Of a stretch of 46,547 bases of DNA, positions 7,046-15,479 are shown piece by piece. The first letter of the stretch is position 1. The number at the start of each line of letters is the position of its first letter. Source of the stretch: a virus; UHGV virus genome UHGV-0027832; one strand, 5' to 3'. The notes below the pieces were generated by a model, which saw only the letters and a program-made list of their open reading frames with translations, ran no database searches and was not told the origin of the DNA. The position numbers were made by a program, and so were the translations under genes.

Positions 7046-9375
7046 TGATTGGTTATGAAGATTACCGCAAATGTGGCTTCCCTATTATTGGAATCCATGC
7101 AATGGATATCGACCGCAATTGCACATGCGGTGATCCAGAATGCAATGCTGCAGGTAAGCATCCGGTTATGAGCAACTGGCAGCTTGGAGTTATATGGGCT
7201 GATGACCAGATTGAGAATATGGCTGAATATGGTCAGTTGCAGTCATTTGGTGTCCTTGTGAATGGTTATCTTGTCGTTGATATTGACCCACGCAACGGAG
7301 GTAATAATGGATATGAATCGCTTTGTGATGCCTTAGACGTAGAGCTTGCTGACGAAGCAGGTTTTACGGTCAAGACTGGTGGTGGTGGTCGCCACATTTA
7401 TTACAAACTTCCTGAAGGAATAAAGCTGCGCTCTCATGACAGAAGGTTTAAGGGTATTGACTTTAAATCATCTGGTTTTGTTGTTGGCTGCGGCTCATTC
7501 CATAAGTCAGGTAACTTTTATGAAGCTGAGCATGGCTCCCCTTCAGAGATAACTGAATGTCCATCTGAACTTATTGAGCTTTTGTTGCGCCCTGAGAGAA
7601 CGGAAGACGAGGTTTTCACGCTTGACAGTAAAAATTACAGCATTGCCGAAATGGAGGATATGCTCAAATACATCAAAGATGGTGATGAGTATGACCCATG
7701 GCTTCATGTAGGCATGGCTATCCACGAAGCTACAGAAGGCAATGGTTTTGAGCTTTGGGATAGGTGGTCATCGCAGTTCAGCAAGTACAGAGCTGAAGAG
7801 ATGGACGCAAAATGGCATTCCTTTGGAAAGGACGGTGTTAGCGAAAAGATAACCGAAGCAACGCTGGTTTATCTCGCGCAAGAGGGAGGGTGGGTAAGGC
7901 AAGTAACTTTTGAGGCTACTCCAGAGGAAATTGAGAAACTTGAGTCTTTCGAGCGAGAGATGGCAATGGGTGTTGGTGAATGCCCTGTAGAGTACAAAAG
8001 TGTTGATGTCCGTTATCCCCCTGGATTTGTTGGTCGCCTTACGGCGTGGATTAATAAGAACTGTGCAGAGAAGCGAGAGAATATTGCAGCACTTGCCGCA
8101 TTGCATGCCGCATCCATGATTTGCGGAGCGTCATCTGATATTTACCTTACAAAAAGGAAGGCTTTGCCAAATCTTTTTGCTGTTGGTATAGCTGGTTCAG
8201 GTTCAGGTAAGGGTGATGTCCTTGCTGCGCTACAAAAGATAATTGATTGCTCAGGATTGAGTAAGACTGTCGCCGGTAAGATACGTTCAGAGCGTGCGAT
8301 ATATGAAGGTCTTTGCGCTAACCAGATGTTTAATATCATCATGGATGAGATTGGGATAAAACTTGGGAGTGTTGTTGGTCAGAAAGTAAGCGAGTACAAC
8401 ATGGCAACCGCTGGTGCGATCATGGAGGCTTACACGTCAGAAGTTCTTTATTGTGACCAGCGGGTTACTGAGGATTTCATTAAGTCTTTCGAAAAGAGAA
8501 AGGCTATGCTGTTGATGGCTATTGAGGAAAATGAAATACAGGCAGACCCCGTTGACATTAAGTGTCAGTTTGATGATGTGATAAACAGAATTGACGGAGC
8601 TATAAGGAATCCATTTTTTTCAATCTTTGGTGTGTCTACTGATGATCAGTTTAAGCGCCTTATTACTGAAGAAAACATTAAGTCAGGTCTTATGGGTCGC
8701 GCAATGATTATGCAGGAGTTGCAGGAGATTGCTGACGAAAACGAAAACGTCAACTACTGCGATCTGCCAATGGATATGCAACTGACCATAAAAACAATAA
8801 TAAATGGCGGAACTGCTGGGCACAAAAACTGGACAGACTCAATAATCAGTCAAAAAGAAAGACGGATTATAAAAGCTACGCCTGAAGTTTCTCAGCTCGC
8901 TAAGGAGTTCTTCTCATGGATTAAAACCGTTGCAAGAAAGCATGTAGAAAACGGCACTGGTTATCACCCACTGATAAACAGATGCGCTGTAAAGGTGGCA
9001 AAGATTGCTGGCATTCTAGCGTGCGATACTGGAGTCATAACCATGGAGCACTTGAGATATGCGGTGGCATTAACAATTAAATCAACAAGCGATCTGATGA
9101 TGCGTGCTGACAGTATCGCCGGAGCGAAGTCTAAAGCTATGGAGGAAAGAATTGAAGGTATTTTCTCCATGGTTAAAGAATATGTGAAGAGAGGAATGAC
9201 CAAAACAGCAATGGTTAGAGGGGTGGCAAAAGAAGGTGGGTATAAACGTGCTGATGTCGAGAGGTGCGTAGAGAAGTTGTTATCAGATGGTATTATTTGC
9301 ATTGATGAAAATGCAAAAAGAACATCTCACAACGTAATAATTTACAAATTAACAAATGATGAGGTTGAGATATGA
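7042..9375 (+). CDS. Bifunctional primase-polymerase/helicase (prim-pol N-domain, PriCT-like middle domain, D5/P4-alpha-like NTPase)
   Basis: 777 aa. N-terminal prim-pol-like stretch FGVLVNGYLVVDIDPRNGG; PriCT-like DPWLHVGMAIHEATEGNGFELWDRWSSQFSKY; P-loop VGIAGSGSGKGD. Confidence 0.85.
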   Translation: MMIGYEDYRKCGFPIIGIHAMDIDRNCTCGDPECNAAGKHPVMSNWQLGVIWADDQIENMAEYGQLQSFGVLVNGYLVVDIDPRNGGNNGYESLCDALDVELADEAGFTVKTGGGGRHIYYKLPEGIKLRSHDRRFKGIDFKSSGFVVGCGSFHKSGNFYEAEHGSPSEITECPSELIELLLRPERTEDEVFTLDSKNYSIAEMEDMLKYIKDGDEYDPWLHVGMAIHEATEGNGFELWDRWSSQFSKYRAEEMDAKWHSFGKDGVSEKITEATLVYLAQEGGWVRQVTFEATPEEIEKLESFEREMAMGVGECPVEYKSVDVRYPPGFVGRLTAWINKNCAEKRENIAALAALHAASMICGASSDIYLTKRKALPNLFAVGIAGSGSGKGDVLAALQKIIDCSGLSKTVAGKIRSERAIYEGLCANQMFNIIMDEIGIKLGSVVGQKVSEYNMATAGAIMEAYTSEVLYCDQRVTEDFIKSFEKRKAMLLMAIEENEIQADPVDIKCQFDDVINRIDGAIRNPFFSIFGVSTDDQFKRLITEENIKSGLMGRAMIMQELQEIADENENVNYCDLPMDMQLTIKTIINGGTAGHKNWTDSIISQKERRIIKATPEVSQLAKEFFSWIKTVARKHVENGTGYHPLINRCAVKVAKIAGILACDTGVITMEHLRYAVALTIKSTSDLMMRADSIAGAKSKAMEERIEGIFSMVKEYVKRGMTKTAMVRGVAKEGGYKRADVERCVEKLLSDGIICIDENAKRTSHNVIIYKLTNDEVEI

Positions 9376-9794
9376 TCAATTACAAGTATCTGGTGATGAG
9401 AGGTTTGTATGACTATTTTGAGTCAGAAAATCCTGAGCGCGCACATGATAACGCAATATCCATGATGACAGGGAAACACCTGATGGAAGTTTACTACTGG
9501 AAAATGCCCGTATTCCGCTGCAATATGGGTATCTGCATTGATGATGACGTACTGTTTTGTCGAATACAATATGAAAACAATGTAGGTATAGTGACAGCAT
9601 CGTACAGGGATGTTGCAAGAAAATCCGGGAACTGGCATCCAAGCGAAGTTTTTGCAGGTGACGCACTATTTAATTTCTGTAAGGCGTTTGGTGTCTTGTA
9701 TGAGGATGTAAGCAAAGAGTATAGCGGAAGGCGTGAGAAAGATAGCTTAAGTTCCAAGGGCGTGACTAACTACAAGGATAAAAACCATGGCTAA
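9372..9794 (+). CDS. Hypothetical protein (140 aa)
   Basis: ORF; ATGA overlap with the primase gene. Confidence 0.5.
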   Translation: MINYKYLVMRGLYDYFESENPERAHDNAISMMTGKHLMEVYYWKMPVFRCNMGICIDDDVLFCRIQYENNVGIVTASYRDVARKSGNWHPSEVFAGDALFNFCKAFGVLYEDVSKEYSGRREKDSLSSKGVTNYKDKNHG

Positions 9795-9990
9795 CACAAT
9801 GAGAACAATATCAGGAGAACTTTGCCGCTCAGAGGGTTCATGGCATTTCAGGCCGCATGGTTATTCGACGTGGTTTTTCTGGAGTGGTATTAACAAAGTA
9901 TGGATTCGCTCTAATTACCACGTTCTTGATGATTACTGGCATAGATTTTGTGTTGGTTATGTTGATATTTCAAAATTGATGATTAAGTGA
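9787..9990 (+). CDS. Hypothetical protein (67 aa)
   Basis: ORF overlapping the previous stop; Trp-rich. Confidence 0.4.
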   Translation: MANTMRTISGELCRSEGSWHFRPHGYSTWFFWSGINKVWIRSNYHVLDDYWHRFCVGYVDISKLMIK

Positions 9991-10000
9991 GGGCAAGGAA

Positions 10001-10261
10001 ATGGATGTAAAGGATAAAGTTTTATACGTGATGAGAAAGAGAAAAACCATTGAGGAGGCACTTGGGATTTGTTGCAAGTTCTCCGTAGCTACGTGGAGCT
10101 TACGCCTATCGATGGTGAATGAATTTCCTGATGATGAATGGACAGCAGCAAAGTTACGGAAGGTTCTGATTTCTCTTTGTAAGGATGGCTTTGTATCAAA
10201 GGATCTAAATAACAGTCGCATTGGTAACTCAGTATGGATTCTGGAGGAAAAAAATGGCTAA
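10001..10261 (+). CDS. Hypothetical protein (86 aa)
   Basis: ORF with a GGGCAAGGAA SD-like upstream sequence. Confidence 0.45.
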   Translation: MDVKDKVLYVMRKRKTIEEALGICCKFSVATWSLRLSMVNEFPDDEWTAAKLRKVLISLCKDGFVSKDLNNSRIGNSVWILEEKNG

Positions 10262-10559
10262 CCTTCAACTTGTCGTCAAAGGTGAATACTTCGATGCCAT
10301 GATTCGCGGAGAGAAAACGGAAGAGTATCGCCTTTTCAATGACTACTGGAAGAAACGCCTTATTAACTTTAAAGATAGCGGACAGATTGGAAGGAAGTAC
10401 GAAAGGTTAATTATCACAAAAGGATATCCAAGGAAGGACGATAAATCCAGGCGTATTGATATCCCATACGATGGATGGACGGTTAAAACCATCACACATC
10501 CTCACTTCGGTCCAGATCCAGTGGAAGTGTTCGCAATAAAAGTTAACATCAAAGCATAA
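10254..10559 (+). CDS. ASCH-domain-like protein (101 aa)
   Basis: GGAGG SD before the MANLQLV start; LQLVVKGEYFDAMIRGEKTEEYR resembles the ASCH beta-barrel core; followed by a terminator. Confidence 0.55.
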   Translation: MANLQLVVKGEYFDAMIRGEKTEEYRLFNDYWKKRLINFKDSGQIGRKYERLIITKGYPRKDDKSRRIDIPYDGWTVKTITHPHFGPDPVEVFAIKVNIKA

Positions 10560-10562
10560 CGA

Positions 10563-10591
10563 AAAGCCCGCAAACGCGGGCTTTATTATTT
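10563..10591. terminator. Bidirectional rho-independent terminator
   Basis: AAAGCCCGCAAACGCGGGCTTT hairpin followed by ATTATTT; lies between convergent genes. Confidence 0.7.
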
Positions 10592-10830
10592 AACAATCCA
10601 TTTTGTAACTGCTGGTCTTAAATCTTCCTTTCTGAAAATTCCACCAGTAAGTTTCTCGGCATCAATTGCTGCTGTAGCGCTAATTCTTCCTCTTGAAACC
10701 CACTGATTAACAGCCTGTTTTGACACACCAAGAAACCTTGCCAGTTGTGATTGCCCTCCAACATAATCAATCAGCTCTGACAGCTTCGTCTGTTCCATTT
10801 CTCTTATCTGTTCTGCGATGCTTTTCATGT
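10586..10830 (-). CDS. Cro/CI-type HTH DNA-binding protein (81 aa), the only minus-strand gene inside the replication module
   Basis: GAGGT SD before the ATG at 10830; helix-turn-helix stretch QSQLARFLGVSKQAVNQWVSRGRIS. Confidence 0.65.
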
Positions 10831-10880
10831 GTTTACCTCTACTTTTCGTATGCAGCAATAATGAACTCAAAAAAAATTTT

Positions 10881-10941
10881 CGTCAAGGTATTGCGTTTAC
10901 CATCACGTTGACGTATCTTTAAGTCACACCAGCGGTATGCT
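10881..10941. promoter_or_regulatory. Divergent promoter/operator region with inverted TTGACG hexamers
   Basis: CGTCAA at 10881-10886 and TTGACG at 10908-10913 are inverted repeats 21 nt apart. Candidate -10 elements are TATCTT (plus strand) and CATTAT (minus strand). Lies between the Cro-like gene and the Sak4-like gene. Confidence 0.35.
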
Positions 10942-10962
10942 GAGTTAAATCGAGAGGACACT

Positions 10963-11805
10963 ATGAGCTTATCAATGATTCAAAAACCAAAACCAGCAGC
11001 ACCGATCATAACATTGGTTGGTACTCCAGGGGTTGGCAAGACAACTCTTGCGGCGCTATTTCCAAACCCAGTGTTTATTCAGGCAGAAGAGATCACTGGT
11101 GTTTTTGATGACTGGGATGATGAAAAGAAACCTGACTCATTTCCTGTGCTTAAGCGCGCTGATGCTAAACGAAAAACAAGCACAAAGGATGACTTGCTGT
11201 CACAGCTACGCGCATTAATTACTGAGGAACATAATTACAAAACGCTTGTAATTGACTCAATCACAAGCCTGCATTCAATGTTTGAGCATGAGGTTTGTGA
11301 AAATTACGGCGTTGACAACGTTGGTTCTGCGGCTGGTGGTTACAACAAAGGATATATTGTTGTTTCTGAAATGCACGCTGAAATAATAAATGCATGTAAG
11401 TATCTTCGCAAAGAAAAAGGGATGAGCATTATTTATCTTGCACACGCAGGTGTTAAAAAGATGAAGAATCGCCCTGATGCTGATGAATACACTGTTTACA
11501 CGCTTGATATGCATGATGCTTCTGTTTCTGGTTATGTGAATCTTAGTGATGCTGTTATTTACATCAGAAATGAGGAGTTTGTAAAAGGAACTGAGACTGA
11601 TAAGAAAGGGCAAGTCACCAAGTTTGGGAAGGTGGTTCAGACTGGTCAGCGAGTTCTTATCACCTCTGGTGATGGTCGTATTGGGTATGTTAATGCTAAA
11701 AACAGATACAACCTTGAGCCTGAAATTCCTTTTGAAAAGGGTGAGAACCCGCTTTTGAGTGAGATTAAATATTATGCATCTCTACGAGATAACGAAACAG
11801 CTTAA
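10963..11805 (+). CDS. RecA-like/Sak4-like AAA ATPase (recombination protein)
   Basis: 280 aa; Walker A LVGTPGVGKTT; GAGAGGA SD preceded by TAAATCGAGAGGACAC, a motif shared with the gene at 12271. Confidence 0.75.
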   Translation: MSLSMIQKPKPAAPIITLVGTPGVGKTTLAALFPNPVFIQAEEITGVFDDWDDEKKPDSFPVLKRADAKRKTSTKDDLLSQLRALITEEHNYKTLVIDSITSLHSMFEHEVCENYGVDNVGSAAGGYNKGYIVVSEMHAEIINACKYLRKEKGMSIIYLAHAGVKKMKNRPDADEYTVYTLDMHDASVSGYVNLSDAVIYIRNEEFVKGTETDKKGQVTKFGKVVQTGQRVLITSGDGRIGYVNAKNRYNLEPEIPFEKGENPLLSEIKYYASLRDNETA

Positions 11806-12253
11806 TGAGCTGCTGTCGATGGATGATATTCCACGGGAGCAGATTGAAGATACCATCAATCTTATTGAAGAGGAGTTTGAAGGAAAGGCCGAAATGGTTG
11901 CTGCTTACATTCGTGAGCTTGAAGCTGATGAGGCTGGACTTAAATCCGAGATTGACCGTCTTTCTGAGCGTAAGCGTGTTTTAGTTGCTAAGATTGATAA
12001 CCTTAAAGATTATCTTCGTCAGAACATGATGGCGTCAGGAAAGACAAATATCAAAGGTAAGTTGTTCAGTATCACGCTTGGCAAACCGTCACCAGTTCTT
12101 GATGTGTTTGTTCCTGTTGAGCAACTTCCTGAGCAGTACCGTGTTGTGAAAGTGTCGGCAGATAACGCGGCAATTAAAAATGCGATTAAGGCCGGAATTG
12201 AAATTAATGGTTGTGCCATCACCGACGGCAAACCGAAACTGATCATCAAATAA
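11774..12253 (+). CDS. Siphovirus Gp157-family protein
   Basis: MHLYEITKQLNELL... coiled-coil protein typical of Gp157 proteins found next to Sak4 and SSB; start chosen at 11774 to limit overlap. Confidence 0.6.
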   Translation: MHLYEITKQLNELLSMDDIPREQIEDTINLIEEEFEGKAEMVAAYIRELEADEAGLKSEIDRLSERKRVLVAKIDNLKDYLRQNMMASGKTNIKGKLFSITLGKPSPVLDVFVPVEQLPEQYRVVKVSADNAAIKNAIKAGIEINGCAITDGKPKLIIK

Positions 12254-12270
12254 ATCGAGAGGACACAAAA

Positions 12271-12792
12271 ATGGGTTTCTGGAATCTTTCTGACGGTAAA
12301 GCTGTTGAATCTAAATCTGAATTTGAATTGGGTGGTGGTTTCGAAGTAATTCCTGATGGTAGCCGTGTTCTTGCTGCCGTTGAAGAGTGTAAAGACGATC
12401 AGTGGGAAGGTGAGCGATTCTTCAATCTTAAGTGGCGAATCCTTGATGGTGAGTATAAAAATCGCATCATCTTCCAGAAGCTGAAAGTATTTAGCTCAAA
12501 AGAAAAGCAGCGCGACAATGCTATCACTATGCTTGCAGCAATTGACGCAAACGCTGGTGGTAAGCTGATGGCATCAGGGAAAGAGCCGACTGATTTTGCC
12601 ATTGCCAGTGCGCTTGCAAATCGTCCAATGATTCTTCTTCTACGTGTTTGGGAATCTGAGGATAAGCAAAAAACTGGTAACTATGTGGCTGGTGTATTTG
12701 GTCGTCAACAGACAAAAACAGCATCTGCTCCTAAGCAATCTGCACCGTCTAACGAGCCGCCGGTTGACTTCGATGAAGATGTGCCATTTTGA
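12271..12792 (+). CDS. DUF669-type single-strand DNA-binding protein with an E. coli SSB-like C-terminal tip
   Basis: GAGAGGA SD; C-terminus APSNEPPVDFDEDVPF closely matches the E. coli SSB tail PSNEPPMDFDDDIPF; genomic context is Sak4 plus Gp157. Confidence 0.65.
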   Translation: MGFWNLSDGKAVESKSEFELGGGFEVIPDGSRVLAAVEECKDDQWEGERFFNLKWRILDGEYKNRIIFQKLKVFSSKEKQRDNAITMLAAIDANAGGKLMASGKEPTDFAIASALANRPMILLLRVWESEDKQKTGNYVAGVFGRQQTKTASAPKQSAPSNEPPVDFDEDVPF

Positions 12793-12809
12793 TTTAAATA
12801 AGTAACCAA

Positions 12810-12833
12810 GGGCCATTCGTGGCCCTTTTTATT
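12810..12833 (+). terminator. Rho-independent terminator
   Basis: GGGCCATTCGTGGCCC hairpin followed by TTTTTATT. Confidence 0.7.
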
Positions 12834-12845
12834 CGAGATGACATT

Positions 12846-13034
12846 ATGAAAGAAAATAAAGAAAAACATGAAAAGTTCATGAGTTTTTCCGCGTGGAGAG
12901 AGTTTGGTTTTACAGTAATAAAAGGTGAAAAATCAAGCTTTAGAAGTCCAGATGGTATTCCATTATTCAATGAGTCTCAGGTTACTGAGATAGATGATGA
13001 TACTTTAGATCTAAATCATTGCGATTTATATTAG
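12846..13034 (+). CDS. Hypothetical protein (62 aa)
   Basis: The listed ORF starts at GTG inside the terminator; the first ATG is at 12846; weak SD. Confidence 0.3.
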   Translation: MKENKEKHEKFMSFSAWREFGFTVIKGEKSSFRSPDGIPLFNESQVTEIDDDTLDLNHCDLY

Positions 13035-13044
13035 GATTTGAATT

Positions 13045-14910
13045 ATGAAATACACGCTAAGGCCATACCAACAGGAAGCAGTTGACGCGGCTATGGCTCA
13101 CATTAGAAGCACCATCTCATCATGCGTTATCATCCTCCCGACAGGTGCAGGAAAATCCATGGTTGTAGCAGAACTTGCATCTCGTATTTATGGCATGAGC
13201 AAAAAGCGAGTTTTGTGCATTGCTCCCACCAGTGAATTGGTTGTTCAGAACAGGGCTAAATACCTACTCACAGGAGAACCAGCCAGCATGTTCAGTGCAA
13301 AGGCTGGCCCCAAAAACCTGCGTCATCCGGTGGTGTTTGGTTCACCAGTTACAATCAAGAACTCAATAGAGATGTTTGGTGATAAGTATGGTGCTGTCAT
13401 TATTGATGAGTGCGATGGAATAACACCAACCATTAAATTTATTATTAATGAAATGAAGCGTCGCAATCCAAAACTGCGTGTTATTGGAATGACTGCTACT
13501 CCTTACCGCCTTGGAACTGGATACATATACAAAGAGCACTATCTAGACGGTCCCACAGATGATGAAACTGCCATTGACCCATATTATGATAAGGTTGTTT
13601 ATGAGCTTGAGGCTAAATTCCTAATTGAAAACGGATATCTTACGCCTCCAGTAACAGAGCCTGTTTTTGACGAGTATGATACGTCTTGTCTTGAAAAGGA
13701 TAAGTTAGGTCGGTACACGACAGCTTCAGTTGAAAAAGCGATGGTTGGCAAGGGAAGGAAAACATCACGCATTGTTGAAGATATTATCCGTCGCTCTGTT
13801 AATCGGCGCGGAACGATGATTTTTGCCAGCACTAAGAAACACGCTATGGAGATAATGGAGTCACTTCCTCCCGGTTCTTATAGTTATGTTTTTGGTGATA
13901 TGCCAACAGCAGATCGCAACAAGGCAATATCAGACTTCAAGGCACAAAAAGTTAAATACATCGTCAATCAGAATATCCTTACTGTAGGGGTTGATGTTCC
14001 TCATTGTGATCATATAGCAGTAATGAGAGCCACAGAATCACCAAGACTCTACCAGCAAATAATTGGCAGGGGGACGCGTCTTTATGAAGGTAAGGAAGAC
14101 TTTCTTGTCAGCGATTACGCAGGCAACATTCAGCGCCACTTTTCTGAGACAGGGGACTTGTTCACTCCAGAAATAAAAGCAACAAGGAAAAAACCATCCG
14201 TGCCAATGGATGTCAAATGCCCGTTATGTGGCTTTATCAATGAATTTGGCGTGCGCCCAAATCCGGAAAATATGGCAGTTGATAAAGAAGGTTACTGGCT
14301 TGATTTGGCTGGTGACAGGGTGATGATTGATATTTTTGATAAATCAGGTGAAAAAATTGGAAGTAAGCCTATGCCCGCTCATTTTGGGAGAAGGTGTAAA
14401 AACTACGTTATGCTCGGGCCATTAAGGGAAATGCACAGGTGTACTTATAAGTGGTCGGTGAAAGAGTGTCCTGATTGTGGATTTGAAAATGATATAGCGG
14501 CAAGAAACTGCACATCATGCGGCGCTGAAATCATTGACCCAAACCAAAAGCTAAAAGAAGAAGCTGACAGGCTTGATTCTTCTCCTTATGCAACCAAGCA
14601 ATCAAGCGTAACCATGATGAACATCATGAAGCATTACGTTTCAAGCGGTGAAGATTTGGTACACGTAAAATTTGCTATTGAACAGAAACCATTTTTTGTT
14701 AGCAAGTTCTACAATCCAAACTCTGAGAAGGAAGGGATGAAGAAGGAGTGGGAAGAATTTTGTGAGAAGTGTTTTGGTGAACATAACATGTCAATTGATG
14801 ATGCAATAGCAAAAAGAGATGAGGCTGTCGCGCCATCAGTGATTATGTTCAGAAGAGATAAGGGTAGTAAATATTTCAACGTTAAAGGCATGTATTGGGG
14901 AGTATTATGA
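13045..14910 (+). CDS. SF2 DEAD/DEAH-box helicase with C-terminal zinc-ribbon repeats
   Basis: 621 aa. Walker A ILPTGAGKS; motif II VIIDECD; MTATPYR; helicase-C block IIGRGTR; CxxC pairs CPLCG, CPDCG and CTSCG. Confidence 0.85.
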   Translation: MKYTLRPYQQEAVDAAMAHIRSTISSCVIILPTGAGKSMVVAELASRIYGMSKKRVLCIAPTSELVVQNRAKYLLTGEPASMFSAKAGPKNLRHPVVFGSPVTIKNSIEMFGDKYGAVIIDECDGITPTIKFIINEMKRRNPKLRVIGMTATPYRLGTGYIYKEHYLDGPTDDETAIDPYYDKVVYELEAKFLIENGYLTPPVTEPVFDEYDTSCLEKDKLGRYTTASVEKAMVGKGRKTSRIVEDIIRRSVNRRGTMIFASTKKHAMEIMESLPPGSYSYVFGDMPTADRNKAISDFKAQKVKYIVNQNILTVGVDVPHCDHIAVMRATESPRLYQQIIGRGTRLYEGKEDFLVSDYAGNIQRHFSETGDLFTPEIKATRKKPSVPMDVKCPLCGFINEFGVRPNPENMAVDKEGYWLDLAGDRVMIDIFDKSGEKIGSKPMPAHFGRRCKNYVMLGPLREMHRCTYKWSVKECPDCGFENDIAARNCTSCGAEIIDPNQKLKEEADRLDSSPYATKQSSVTMMNIMKHYVSSGEDLVHVKFAIEQKPFFVSKFYNPNSEKEGMKKEWEEFCEKCFGEHNMSIDDAIAKRDEAVAPSVIMFRRDKGSKYFNVKGMYWGVL

Positions 14911-15362
14911 TTTTTCCAGAAGGCGTTAAGGTATATGGCGATTTGGATTACAGAAACAAAAAGTGCCCGTCAGAAGATGCTGAGCTGGAGACTTTTGTGA
15001 ATCAGATAAGGAAGCTATATCCTGACTTTGCAAGAGTTATGATTCATGTGCCAAATGAAGGAAAGCGTAAAGGGTATGAAGTTGAAAACCTGAAGAAAAA
15101 AGGCGCGCTAAACTTCGGGGCGTCAGACATCATTATCATCGGAAAGCAATCATTCGTTATGGAGATGAAGAGAATGGATCATACTTTATCAAAGTGGCAA
15201 CCTGGACAAATGGCATACCTCAAGGCTGCAAAAGAATTAGACTCCTTCGCATGTGTATGCCTCGGCTGGGAGGCGGCGATGATGGCATTTAACGACTGGA
15301 GAGCAATAAATTACCCAAACTATAAAAAACCATCAGAGCCATTGATATTTGATGGTTTTTAG
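14895..15362 (+). CDS. VRR-NUC domain nuclease (PD-(D/E)XK), terminated by TAG
   Basis: IHVPNEGKRKGY...ASDIIIIGKQSFVMEMKRMDHTLSKWQPGQ fits the VRR-NUC D...E.K pattern; the helicase plus VRR-NUC pairing is common in phages; stop is TAG at 15360-15362. Confidence 0.75.
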   Translation: MGSIMIFPEGVKVYGDLDYRNKKCPSEDAELETFVNQIRKLYPDFARVMIHVPNEGKRKGYEVENLKKKGALNFGASDIIIIGKQSFVMEMKRMDHTLSKWQPGQMAYLKAAKELDSFACVCLGWEAAMMAFNDWRAINYPNYKKPSEPLIFDGF

Positions 15363-15476
15363 CAGCAACGCCAGCAATCAGTCCAGCAACCGCAAAGACA
15401 ACAGCAGCCACCAAAACAACAAAGCCCACAAGGAGGCAATGAGCCTCCTATGGACTTCGACGATATTCCGTTTTAA
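15363..15476 (+). other. In-frame continuation after the VRR-NUC TAG, encoding a Gln/Pro-rich linker plus SSB C-terminal tip (QQRQQSVQQPQRQQQPPKQQSPQGGNEPPMDFDDIPF*)
   Basis: Same frame as 14895..15362 with no intervening stop other than TAG; ends in NEPPMDFDDIPF, nearly identical to the E. coli SSB tail; the only internal ATG gives the 8-codon ORF MDFDDIPF. Confidence 0.5.
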
Positions 15477-15479
15477 GCG

